This document shows, in pieces, positions 1 through 11,038 of a stretch of 64,000 bases of DNA. This stretch comes from Cladosporium halotolerans (lineage: Eukaryota), in contig NW_027191459.1 in the NCBI RefSeq assembly GCF_011745625.1, forward strand, positions 558,001 to 622,000, read 5' to 3'. The position numbers and the translations under genes are program-made. Numbering within the stretch: the first letter of the stretch is position 1; the number at the start of each line of letters is the position of its first letter. The notes under the pieces were generated by a model, which saw nothing but the letters and a program-made list of their open reading frames with translations, ran no database searches and was not told the origin of the DNA.

Positions 1-1328
1 ACTTTTATCGACCACATGCTCCGCTACCAGGCCGACCCCGAGTGCAAGATCCTTGTGCTTCTCGGTGAGGTTGGTGGTGTCGAGGAGTACCGTGTCATCG
101 AGGCCGTGAAGAGCGGCGTCATCACCAAGCCGATTGTCGCCTGGGCCATCGGTACCGTTGCTGGTATGCTCACCACTGAGGTCCAGTTCGGTCATGCCGG
201 TTCTTTCGCCAACTCTCAGCTCGAGACCGCCGCGGTCAAGAACCAGTCTATGCGTGACGCCGGTTTCCACGTCCCCGAGACCTTCGAGGACCTCCCCGCA
301 GTCCTCTCCAAGGTCTACAAGGAGGCCGTCTCTGCCGGCACCATCAAGCCTCAGCACGAGCCTGCCGTCCCCAAGATCCCCATTGACTACTCCTGGGCCC
401 AGGAGCTGGGTCTCATCCGTAAGCCCGCTGCCTTCATCTCCACCATTTCCGACGACCGTGGCCAGGAGCTCCTCTACGCCGGCATGCCCATTTCCGACGT
501 CTTCAAGGACAACATCGGTATCGGTGGTGTCATGTCTCTCCTGTGGTTCCGCCGCCGTCTGCCCGACTACGCCGCCAAGTTCCTCGAGATGGTCCTCATG
601 CTCACTGCCGACCACGGTCCCGCCGTGTCCGGTGCCATGAACACCATCATCACCACCCGTGCCGGCAAGGACCTGATCTCCGCTCTCGTCTCCGGTCTCC
701 TGACCATCGGTTCCCGTTTCGGTGGTGCCCTCGACGGCGCCGCTGACGAGTTCACCCGCGCCTACGACAAGGGTCTCTCTCCCCGTGACTTCGTCGACAC
801 CATGAGGAAGGAGAACAAGCTCAGTAAGTCGCATCATCACTCCCACTTCCCAAAACCCTTTCGCTGACCTTTTTCGCAGTCCCCGGTATCGGCCACCGCG
901 TCAAGTCCCGCAACAACCCCGACCTGCGCGTCTCCCTCGTCAAGGAGTTCTGCCAGGCCAACTTCCCCTCCACCAAGCTCCTCGACTACGCCATCGCCGT
1001 CGAGACCGTCACCACCTCCAAGAAGGACAACCTCATCCTCAACGTCGACGGCGCCGTCGCCGTCTGCTTCGTCGACCTGCTCCGCAACTGCGGCGCCTTC
1101 TCCGCCGAGGAGGCCGAGGACTACCTCAAGATGGGCGTCCTCAACGGCCTCTTCGTCCTCGGCCGCTCCATCGGCCTCATCGCCCACTTCCTCGACCAGA
1201 AGAGGCTGCGCACCGGCTTGTACCGCCACCCCTGGGACGACATCACCTACCTGCTCCCCGAGATGGCGCAGGGCTCCGCCCCGGGCCAGGCGCAGAGGGT
1301 CGAGGTCGCGGCGGGCGATGTCAAATAG
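1..1328 (+). CDS. ACL1: ATP-citrate lyase subunit 1 (catalytic, CCL-containing), 5'-truncated by the window edge; intron 824-879
   Basis: Motifs FGHAGS (phospho-His), ADHGPAVSG and DNLILNVDG; splicing GTAAGT(824)..GCTGAC..CAG(879) restores [12 protein letters not shown]; stop TAG 1326-1328. Confidence 0.97.
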
Positions 1329-1873
1329 ATGTCCGAGATGTCCTGAGTGACTTTCGCATGGGGCGTTTTTTTTTAATCCGGAGGTGTTGAGAATTATTTT
1401 TTTTAGCTGATAGATGATTTTGTAAGAAGACGATGGACGTCGGTGACGAAATCGCAAGAAACGTTGTAATTCAAAAATTCCCGTCCCAGAACCGTTTGTC
1501 CTGTGAGTTTATTCGCTGTTTCCGTGTAATGGACTCCTTCGATCGCGCGAGTGGGAGGTGGAATGTGAAGACTGCGTTGCAAATGGAATCGTGAGATTCT
1601 CAGACCTCGCCCGTGCGATGGGGGTAAAATGCTCCAGAGTGTCCGGGAAGTCAGGTTTGGTTGGCCATAATCGGTCGCGGAATATCGATATAAGCGGGAG
1701 TTTTCCATGGAGAGGCCAGTTGAGTCCAGTGTCCAGGGCGAGATGAGGACTGTCAGAACGCGCTCGACGCGGCTTCGCTGGGTGAAGAGTTCGGGGTGTC
1801 TCGAGGTCTAGTTTGCGGTTTGTTCACGGGTCTTGAGATACTGGTGAATCGAGGCTTCGGAGCGGGAGATCAA

Positions 1874-1898
1874 AGGCAAGGCGAGGCGAGGCAAGGCG
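1874..1898. repeat. Short AGGC(A/G) pentamer tandem repeat x5
   Basis: aggca aggcg aggcg aggca aggcg. Confidence 0.7.
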
Positions 1899-3583
1899 CT
1901 CACACGGTGATTTAGAGAATGCTTCCAGATCGTCGGCGTACGTCGAGTTCGAGGGATTCGTTATCGTTCAAGTCGTGTTATTAGTCGTTTCGTAAGTTTC
2001 GTGGAATCGTCGTCGTCGCATGCGTGATTTCAGTCCAGAGGCTCGCCCATCGTCGTCGGAGCGGGAGTCGCGTGCTCGTCGCAGTCCGTCGTTCAATCAC
2101 ACAGAAACCCAACCGCCAGCTCCTCCTGTCCTCCAAAGCATTCCAGAAACACCACCGGTTCGTTCCTCCAGAGTTGCAGGCACCGCCTGCCTAAATACCC
2201 TCGCACTCCCAACCGTCTCACCCCTTCCGCAAACCATCCGATCCAGTCCAGTCCAGATCCAATTCCTCCCAAGTCCTTCCCTCACGGCACGCTCCCTCCA
2301 ACGCTCCAAAAACCACCACCCAAAACTCACATCCGACCAAAAGTAGTGGAAAAAGCAAACGCGACGTGGGATCCCTCCCCAATTTATACCCTCACGCATT
2401 TTACCCGCGCCTCATCGCTGTGGACCCGACAAATTATTCCGAAGGGCGGCGGCGCGCGCGCCCGTGTGATGTTACCTTGCAGACTGCGTGGGCTCGTGCC
2501 GTCCGCGATGGATCCGGCGCCGCAAGGGCGTTTTGGCAAAGTTCCGCTCGACCGGACTGGGGGGGGCGGAGGGACGACTTTTTTGACATGTGATAAGGGA
2601 AACTTTTTGGGAAATGTGTGGGTTTTTTTGGGGGGCGGGGAGGTGTGATTTTTTGTTTATTATTGTTATATGGATTTGGCGTTTTGAGTTTGGAGCTGGT
2701 CGAATTGTACTGGTCGATCTGTTTTTTTGCTACAATAGGTGTTGTTGCTGCGCGTCGATGTTGTTGTGGCAGCAGTGCTGGAGTGGACCTTTCAGCTTTC
2801 GAGAGAAGCGACCTCCGGGGCTCTGGCACGGACGATGCTCGCGAGGTTGTGGATACTGTACGGGGATGTCCTCGATTTAGGCAAATGCGCGCACGTGCAA
2901 ATGGGCATGACCAATTTCGTGTTTGATTACCTACGCATGGTGTATGCGGTGACGCTCTTGCGGCTGTTGGAACAGATTTGGTAGGACCGCCACGGCGCCT
3001 GTACCTATGGCGTTCTTCAACGAGTGGGAGAGTGCAGATCAACGTCTCGAATAATTGAACGATTTGTCGAATGCCGATTTCGAATGATTGGAATGCTTGG
3101 ACTAGTTCCAGACTGCGGCAGTCGTTCGTGGGACCATATTCCGTCCCATGTCCATTGGCTGGATCTCTAGATCAGCCCCAAAATATCAAATCGACCGAAT
3201 GTATTCTTCGGATTGAAGATGCTAGTGACCTCCCCGTGCGACATGCTATTCCTCCTTCGATAGTCGGGGATGGTTTTACTCTGCTCCGGATGTCGCGCGA
3301 CTCAGACCCCTCCGTTCGATCATCAGTCGACATGATGGTGTCCTCAAGCATGTTCAATGTGCATGTATGCCGCTCCCACACATAAGGTACAACTCGTACG
3401 AAGATAGCACCGCACTTGACTTCACTCACATTCCAGGAAAGGAAGGCACGACCTGTCGCTCCTTCCAGGTTTGGACATATTCAAGTGAATTCTTCAGTAG
3501 TGGCCCATCCATTCGACTTGGAATAATTGTTTTGAACAATATAGATTATTGTTGCCCCTCTTCGTATAACACAACACTTCACT

Positions 3584-3689
3584 TCCGATGTGGTCTAGTG
3601 GCTAGGATTTGTCGCTCTCAATCTTCGGTTCGTCAAGAGCTGAGAAGATCAGTGCCGACAAGGCCGGGGTTCAATTCCCCGCGTCGGAA
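3584..3689 (+). tRNA. tRNA-Glu(CTC) with 34-nt canonical intron (3621-3654)
   Basis: Acceptor stem TCCGATG/CGTCGGA, A-box TGGTCTAGTGG, anticodon stem TGTCG/CGACA with loop CT-CTC-A, T-loop GGTTCAATTCC, T-run just downstream. Confidence 0.95.
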
Positions 3690-4469
3690 TAACCTTTTGC
3701 TTTTGTTACTGGATCCATTCATGGATGATGAGGGTACTGCCATGATGTTTGGCAGAGTTTTGTCATTCTGGACAGCGTGGGAACCAGGACCGCATGGCGG
3801 GTGGCTATATGGTACTCACCAGCTGTGCTTGTGTCTGGTCAAGCCCTCACGTCGACGGGGCGCTCGTCCATGCATTTGATAACGAGACGAGCAGGGCTAA
3901 ATGTAGCAATGGTAGAGACAGGCTAACGCCCAGGAAGGACGTAATAAAGGGATATGATGCTCGGCCGTCATAGGCGGATTGTTATACATATTATACTACA
4001 TTGCACGGTTCTTGACACCGCAGCGATGTCTGTGGTCTTGAAGTGGAGTTGACGAGAGTCCGTTCAAGTTTGGGGTATCCACCTTCTGAAGCCAGGAGAT
4101 CGCAAATGCAGTGATTGAATTCAGGTCCTTTGGATGTAAATGTGCTGTCGGCAGAATGCGTGCATCGAGAGGTCCCTTCGGGGAAGATGATGGGAGACCG
4201 ATGCAGGCGGACATGTCGACTCAGCCATTGGAAGTTTGAGACGGCGCAGATATTCTGGTGGGATGCGGGCTCCGAGTCAACGCTTCAATGACCTGAAGTA
4301 ACCACCAGTGATCCGAATGATAGGCGAATCTATGCGTCTTTTCGGTCTCATGATGCAACAGCGTCTCCCTCTGTGCCGTAGGTCGATAGTCATTTGAGTC
4401 TAGCTCCAAATTTCCCGCCAGTTCCCCGGCTTGCCTAATATGGGCGATAGCCTCACAGCGCAAGATCAT

Positions 4470-5576
4470 TTAGGGACGCCAGGTCATCGTCTCCGGTTCG
4501 GCGTCCTTCAAGGCTTGCTCCTCAGGCGATGCAGCGATGCGTTCATCCTCCGACTCCTTGTCTTGCTGTTTCCTAGCCCGGTTCATGATCCCTGTCCATA
4601 ACTTCTCCAAATCAACCTCGCCTCGCTTCTCCTCGGTCAACATCTGCACCACGATGTTCGACCCTGTGGTATGAGCTCCAAATCCAACCATGCCCTCGAC
4701 GCGCTGAAGTTTTGACCGATCTTCCGGTAGCTCTCCATCCTTGACCCTGCCAACATTGACACACACCCAGCCAGTTCTGATGCCGTCATCAACTTCTCCG
4801 CCTCCTGTTGCTTGGGCACCGACTGCGCTCATAAGACGCGCCCTCTTTGCTTTTCTTCGCATCTTCAATTTCAGTTCATTCCTTCCCAGCAGCCCGTCCG
4901 CAAAAGGTGTCATCTTGTACTCGGTCCTAAGCCATCTGCATAACCGATCTGCGCTGACGTGCAAGTGCTTCTCGGAGCGCGCAGTGCCAATGATCATGAG
5001 GAGATTTGATCCGAGAGCCGGTGGAGGGTCCAACTCTCGCAGATCCAACAGCGTCAGATTATCCATACCCAACTCGACTGATACGTGCTGCAGCAGTGGT
5101 TGCAGGATTTCCGGCGCATATTCAGGAAGATCCGGAAGGCGTTGTCGATGCGCAATGGGGCTCTCTTCAGCTTGCTCTTGCGATTGCTGCTGCAGGTACC
5201 ATGGTATATGCGACTCTGTACTGGGTTGTGGTGTTTCCACTTGTAGGGCTTCGTCCGATATGGTATTTTCTTCCCCTAATGTCTCTTCCACGTGCTTCTG
5301 CTCTTGCTCTTTCTCTTGCGCTAGCTCTTTGGCTTTGGCTGCGCTGATCTCGTCGTTCTCCTTTTTAAAATCATCGTTGATACTGTTCAATGCATGCTCT
5401 CCGCTGTCTCGAAAAGCACCTCTCGACTGGCTGAGGTTCCTCACGGGCCTTGAGAAAGTTCGCCTTTGGATAGCAGGTTGCGACACGCCACCAAGGCTGG
5501 TGATGAAAGTCCGCAAGACGGTGGACTGGCAATTTCGACATGCCAGCCCCCTCATAGCCGCACTAGCCAGGGCCAT
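4470..5576 (-). CDS. ATP25: Mitochondrial ATPase synthesis protein 25 (RsfS/Iojap-like domain), 368 aa
   Basis: R/S-rich presequence; PWYLQ, LLDLRELDPPPALGSNLLMIIGTARSEKHLHVSADRLCRWLR, DGLLGRNELKLK, DDGIRTGWVCVNVG, VQMLTEEKR. Confidence 0.9.
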   Translation of the reverse strand: MALASAAMRGLACRNCQSTVLRTFITSLGGVSQPAIQRRTFSRPVRNLSQSRGAFRDSGEHALNSINDDFKKENDEISAAKAKELAQEKEQEQKHVEETLGEENTISDEALQVETPQPSTESHIPWYLQQQSQEQAEESPIAHRQRLPDLPEYAPEILQPLLQHVSVELGMDNLTLLDLRELDPPPALGSNLLMIIGTARSEKHLHVSADRLCRWLRTEYKMTPFADGLLGRNELKLKMRRKAKRARLMSAVGAQATGGGEVDDGIRTGWVCVNVGRVKDGELPEDRSKLQRVEGMVGFGAHTTGSNIVVQMLTEEKRGEVDLEKLWTGIMNRARKQQDKESEDERIAASPEEQALKDAEPETMTWRP

Positions 5577-5784
5577 GATCAATTAGTAGAATATATTCAG
5601 ATATTTACATCAGAAAGCCAAACATGCATGATGTCGAGACCACATCTCCAAACGCCAAGGCGAGCCCGCTTCCGAATGGAGGTGAGCCGCCGCTTCACCT
5701 CCGAGCCTCACATTGCGTCTCCTTCAAGCGGGCCATACCAGCCAACGATCTCGCCAAACAGACCTCCGGGCCGCCGCCGACAAG

Positions 5785-6895
5785 ATGAGTGCCTCACGCT
5801 CGTACCAGTGCCTATCATGCCGATTCAAGGACCTCACAACCTCGGTGCCCAAAACCGCCCGCCGCCAGTTCCACGCCTCCACCGCGAAACCCGCGCGCAA
5901 ATCTGCCTTTCCTAATGTCTCCGCCGATAAAATGGGCTTGACGGAACCCGGCGTCGCGCACTCGCACGCGCGCGTGCGGCCCTACACAAAGCGCGAGAAG
6001 GAGCTGCTCGCCATGAAATACACACCCGATCAGATGGAGGCAATCGAGGTCGGCGAGCAGTCGATCGGAGACGAGGACTTGCGGATTCAAGGACGGCCGC
6101 GGACGGACCCCATGCGCATCAGCTATTTCGACGATTTCAGCAAAGTGCGGCCAATGGTCGATTTCCCTGTGGAAGGCGCGAAGGACGAGGATGTGGCGGC
6201 GCTGTTGAAGAGTGGTACTACAGAGAAATTGGTCGCGAGCAAGGCTTCTCAGACTCGGCAACAGGCCGCGGAGGCTCTGGACCCGCGCATTCTCCGACTG
6301 AGCCAGCAGACTGGTATGACGCCGAATCAAATCAACGCACTCCGTGTCAAGAACCTGGTGAACCACCGTGTTGTAAATCAGACGCGCATGGGCAAGATTC
6401 AGAGCTTGTACTTCTTGACGATTGCTGGAAATGAGAACGGCATGCTTGGTATTGGCGAGGGCAAGGCGGCGGAAGATGAGGACGGCAGGAGGCAGGCGAT
6501 GATGAACGCTATCAGGAACATGAGGCCTGTGCCACGGTATGAGAACAGGACGGTCTACGGTGATGTGCGGGCCAAGGTTGGCGCGAGTATTGTGGAGCTT
6601 TCTTCTAGGGGACCAGGTGAGTTTGAGTTCAATGCTGTTCTTCAAGAGGGGAGCATTTCTGACTAAAGATACAGGCTTCGGCAACCGCTGTCAACATTTG
6701 ATCTTCGAGCTCGCCCGCGCCGCTGGTATTTCGGACCTGTCAGCTCGCACGATTCGTTCAAGAAACAAGATGAACGTCGTCAAGGCAGCCTTCGAGGCGC
6801 TGATGTCGCAGCGTCTTCCCGAGGAGGTTGCGATGGCGCGTGGTAAGAAGATGGTGGATGTGAGGAAGGTGTACAACGGTGGCAGCATCCACTGA
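5785..6895 (+). CDS. MRPS5: Mitochondrial ribosomal protein uS5m; intron 6617-6674
   Basis: VVNQTRMGK, AGNENGMLGIGEGK, PRYENRTVYG; splicing gives PGFGNRC; divergent from ATP25 across about 210 bp. Confidence 0.93.
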
Positions 6896-7580
6896 TGGGA
6901 CAAAATAAACATGGAATTGTAATCATATGTAAATTTAGCGACCTTAGCGATGTGCATGCAAAAAGTGGGCACTCGAAGAGTCTGCATGTGCCATGTCAGA
7001 ACACAATCTTGGTGACAGCGTCGCAAGTGCTGAATGTGAGCCCACGTGGCGCATACTAGGGTTTGCTATAAGACATACATCCCAAGCAACCGACTTTCAC
7101 GTGTAATGGCAACAGCCACAGGTCACAAGTGCTTGCACAACATCCAACCATACATAAGGATGGAAGATTACCCTCTCAGGCGAAAATTAGAACGACGGCG
7201 ATGTCATACTTGCTGGGATCAGACGTCGGTCACGGTATGCGAGCACTTCACGCTGCAAGAACATGGGGCGACGAGCAAGTGTCTCATGGACTGGAGGCTG
7301 CACTGTGGGTTAGTGAAATAACACTTACTCAGACCGGGGACGCAATCTTGGAAAGGTAGAATGATTAGCCATAAGTTCATTGTATCTTGCAAAACACCAG
7401 GGAGACCAACCGCTTCCTCGAGTTCCATGCAATCTCCTTGCTTTAATACCGCTCATCACGACGTTTGCCCGTCATAATCATGAATAGTAGCTGGCCTTCT
7501 CGATATCTCGACGGATCAAGTAAGCGGGTGCGAGGTTCGCGGCATGTAAGACGTAGCCTCAACCGAAACAGGTTGTCTGC

Positions 7581-8012
7581 TCAGTACCGGTAGCGTGTAG
7601 AGTAATCCTTGGGGCTGACGACCAGACCTCTGCCCTTCTTTGCGCCCTTGTAGATGGTCTCGATGATATCGATGAGCTCTTGCTTGTCCTCCAGCACCCA
7701 GTTCAATTTGTTGTTGTTACCCGTGCCGAGATCACACATCATGTGTTTATTGCGGAAGAAGAACATGAGCGTGACGGTGTCGTAGAGTTCGTACATCTGC
7801 TTGAAATCGGGCACTTGGTCGAGATCGCAAACGTAGATGACGGCGAAGTTTTTGACGCGATCCGCGATCTTGTACAGCACTTCATCCTGGCGCATGCAGT
7901 CGGGGTCCCAGTCGCGCCCGAAGCGAATCACCACCAAGCGGTCCTCTTCGGACATGATGGCCTGGTCGACGTGCCAGCCGGTGACAAGGTGAGGAATGAC
8001 GACGGAGCCCAT
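7581..8012 (-). CDS. DIB1: U5 snRNP thioredoxin-fold protein Dib1/Dim1 (TXNL4A), 143 aa, intronless
   Basis: Matches the near-invariant family sequence: VDQAIMSEEDRLVVIRFG, GTGNNNKLNW, GRGLVVSPKDYSTRYRY. Confidence 0.98.
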   Translation of the reverse strand: MGSVVIPHLVTGWHVDQAIMSEEDRLVVIRFGRDWDPDCMRQDEVLYKIADRVKNFAVIYVCDLDQVPDFKQMYELYDTVTLMFFFRNKHMMCDLGTGNNNKLNWVLEDKQELIDIIETIYKGAKKGRGLVVSPKDYSTRYRY

Positions 8013-9127
8013 GGCGGTGTTATTTGCGAGTCGCTTATGCTGAGGAGTCTTTACTGGAAGAGCTTGAGTAAAGAAGTGACTGGTCTGTGTAGTTTGGTAT
8101 TACTTGCGACAGGCGCTGATTGAAGAATGGCACGTGCAGATGTGGTTGTGAGTGAGGCTTCTGTGAGGTAAAATTCGCAGCGAGCTCACGTGTACACATG
8201 CAGTAAAGTCTCGTAACCGCAGCCAATGGCAGAGCAGCCACGGGAACATCGGGCTCGTGCGACATACGCGTAGGTGGTATTTACCCCAGCTCCCAAGGTA
8301 CCCTTGTATACGATCGCTAAGCCCCCGAAGCATTCATTAGCATACGCGTTCGACATCACTTTGCCTGATTATCTCTCATCATGGTCGCTCTTCGTGTCGG
8401 AAGGACCACTAAGTGATTCTAAAGTGTAACGGTTCGGACGGCAGTCCGCTGTTATCACACCATTCCGAACTATAGGCCTATGTGCCTCTTTCCGGCAAAG
8501 ACGGCATCCCACTTGCTCAGAACAAAGTTCAACGTTCACATGTGCTCCGGACCTGGCAGAGTCGTCGTCACCAGCGGTTCACTTCTCCCGCCGTCTCCTT
8601 TCTCACATGCATGTAAAGAGACAGCAACAGCGAAGACAGACTTTGCGTTATCAATGCAACGGGTCAGTCTTCGGTTGGCAACCTATGGCCATAAGATGTC
8701 TCAGACCGGTTCAACCGTCAAGCGTGGGCTCTGAGTCAGGTGAAGGGCCAACGCCCGCATGGTCTTACTTGGACGCGTTCGCGACTTCAGCCTTCAGCCC
8801 TAAGCACATTGGACTCCGCTTTCTTCATCGTAAGTGCGTCGAATGAGAGGGACAGGGGCAGTGGACGAGGCCTACCTAGCTAAGCCGCGTGGTTACGCAT
8901 GCAAATCTGAACGAAAGCATGCCCCTCGGCGCGACTTATCCTGATAGTATGCACGTGGGCTTGGTGCGCCGGCGGTACGAGCTCGACCATCTATCAATAG
9001 GCTGTTTGTTGCTCCCAGCATTCTGGGTGAGACACCCTAGCTTATATGCCCACCACTGTCGCTGCTGTTCTCTTCGCATTGCCATTGTCGCCTCCGAATC
9101 CCAGGGTAACACCAAGTACACACCGTG

Positions 9128-10324
9128 ATGTATTCGTACGCTCGAGATGCTTGCCCCATGCCCAAGCCTGAGGAAGTCGTTATACTCAATTTTGCCGTTG
9201 CATTGGTATGGAAAGCAAAACCTGTGTGTGTCGCAAGATCTGACTCCCCTTACAGAAAGATTCATCAGATTGGAATAACCAGTATGTGGCAGTATCCTCA
9301 AGTCTGAGCTATCACCACTAATACGTCCCCGCCAAAGACAAGTGCATCCAAATGAGAATCCTATGCCCCCTGGCCAAGGTGCGGCCGGCATAATTCTCTA
9401 CATTGGCGAAAACGTCACTGGATTCAGAGAAGGACAGCGGGTACTGGCGTAAGTCTGCTGAAAGGTTCGTATCCTCCTACTTACTAACAGACTGGTCACC
9501 AGGCAATGCCCAAACCGCAATCAGCCCGGAGCACCAAGCCACCAGTTCACAGTTGTATCAGAGAAAATGGTCTCAGCCATTCCTGACAGGCTGAGTTTTG
9601 AACAAGCCGCAACTCTTCCCCTAGCGGTTGCACTCGCAGCAGCAGGGCTGTACCAAAAGAACCATCTCGGAATATCCCTGCCATACACACCACCAAGTCC
9701 CACCAGCAGAACAATCCTCGTACTCGACGGCGCTTCAGATGTAGGTGCCATGGTCGTTCAGCTGGCATCTGCATCGGGCATGGATGTTATTGCAACCGCT
9801 TCGAAGCGTAACTTCAACATTGTCCGAAGTTTCGGTGCCAGTATCGTGATGGATCACGACTCCTTGGCCCAAGGAGTTCTTGCAACAGCATTGGATGACT
9901 TGCCTCTTGCCGGCATTTTCGACACCATCTCTACGCCACAGAGTCTAGCCAGCATCGACACCCTACTTGCGATCATGGAACAATCACCACGCGTCTGCAC
10001 CCTCAAACCTCCAGCACAGAGGCCTTCGCACTTTGCGCCATCTATCGGTGAGTTGAATCTCTTCAACCTACACGGACCTTCACAGGCTGACCGATGTTTC
10101 TCCCAGTCGTTTCCACCACCATCAACAGAAACCCTCACACGTTCGTGCGCACTGCAATATGGGAGGAGTTCCTACCCCTGGCCCTGAAATCTCGCCTCCT
10201 CCGGCCGAAGCCGATGCAGACGGTGATCAAAGCACACTGGAACGATTTGGGCACAGCTCTGGCAGCTGTGAAAGCTCTCCCACGAAAGTCGTCGGACGGC
10301 ACGGTTGTCATTTCGTTTGTGTGA
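9128..10324 (+). pseudogene. Degenerate MDR-family enoyl-reductase-like oxidoreductase; 3' half open (intron 10048-10106), 5' half disrupted
   Basis: IPDRLSFEQAATLPLAVALAAAGLYQ and DGASDVG...VIATAS match the family; the N-terminal part (PMPKPEEVVILNFAVAL, KIHQ..QYPQV*) lacks NPVD, has stops and needs a frameshift near 9540. Confidence 0.7.
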
Positions 10325-11038
10325 AGCTGACGGCCGTGCGTCCAATCACGCGGGCAGAGACAAAGTGCTGGGGGACTTTTTACTGCCTCCAACGCCTTCC
10401 GCTGTCTTCAATCGACGCGGGTTATACGCCGGATCGCATATAAAAATGAAGTGACCCGGCCTCAGCCTCACTAGGCGAGAATTTATGGAGACGATATTGG
10501 GAAACGGTACGAGAACGAGAATCACTGTAATAGTAGACGCTAGCGATACACCCAATTGTGCCAATTCAACGAGTTTTTTGAAGTAAGGAAAATAATAGGT
10601 CAAGCGAACCCCTTAAAGATGCTTTTCCCTCCACATGACTCCGATGTGCGAATTCCCTGTTATCGACGACCCCTTGCATCAAATGGACTAATTTCTGGGA
10701 GTTGCTGCTATTGTTTAGGGTTCTGTGGTGCCGGATGGTCATCAACGACTTTTGCGCCACTCATGGTGTGATTTCGATACCGGCCCGGATCTCTGGAAGG
10801 TAGTTTGGGAAATAACTCCAATGTGCTTCGTATATAACATGCCGAAGAAATCGTAGCTGCTACTCTTTGCGTCAATGGCGAGCCGGTGACATGCAGGCAG
10901 TATCCAGCGTACCGGAGAGGTCGAATTGTGAGGGCAATCCGAACAGCGCGGTTGACCACTTCGAAGAGGAGCAACAGAAGATCCTGACCATCCAGTAAGT
11001 GGCTGTGAACGTTACCTGTCTTGTCGCCGAGCCGAGTG

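Noticed and set aside
1630..1700. ATATTCC...AAACC...ACA on the minus strand, resembling snR30/U17 m1 and m2 motifs
   Set aside because: Spacing to ACA is wrong, there is no basal stem, and complementarity to fungal 18S is poor
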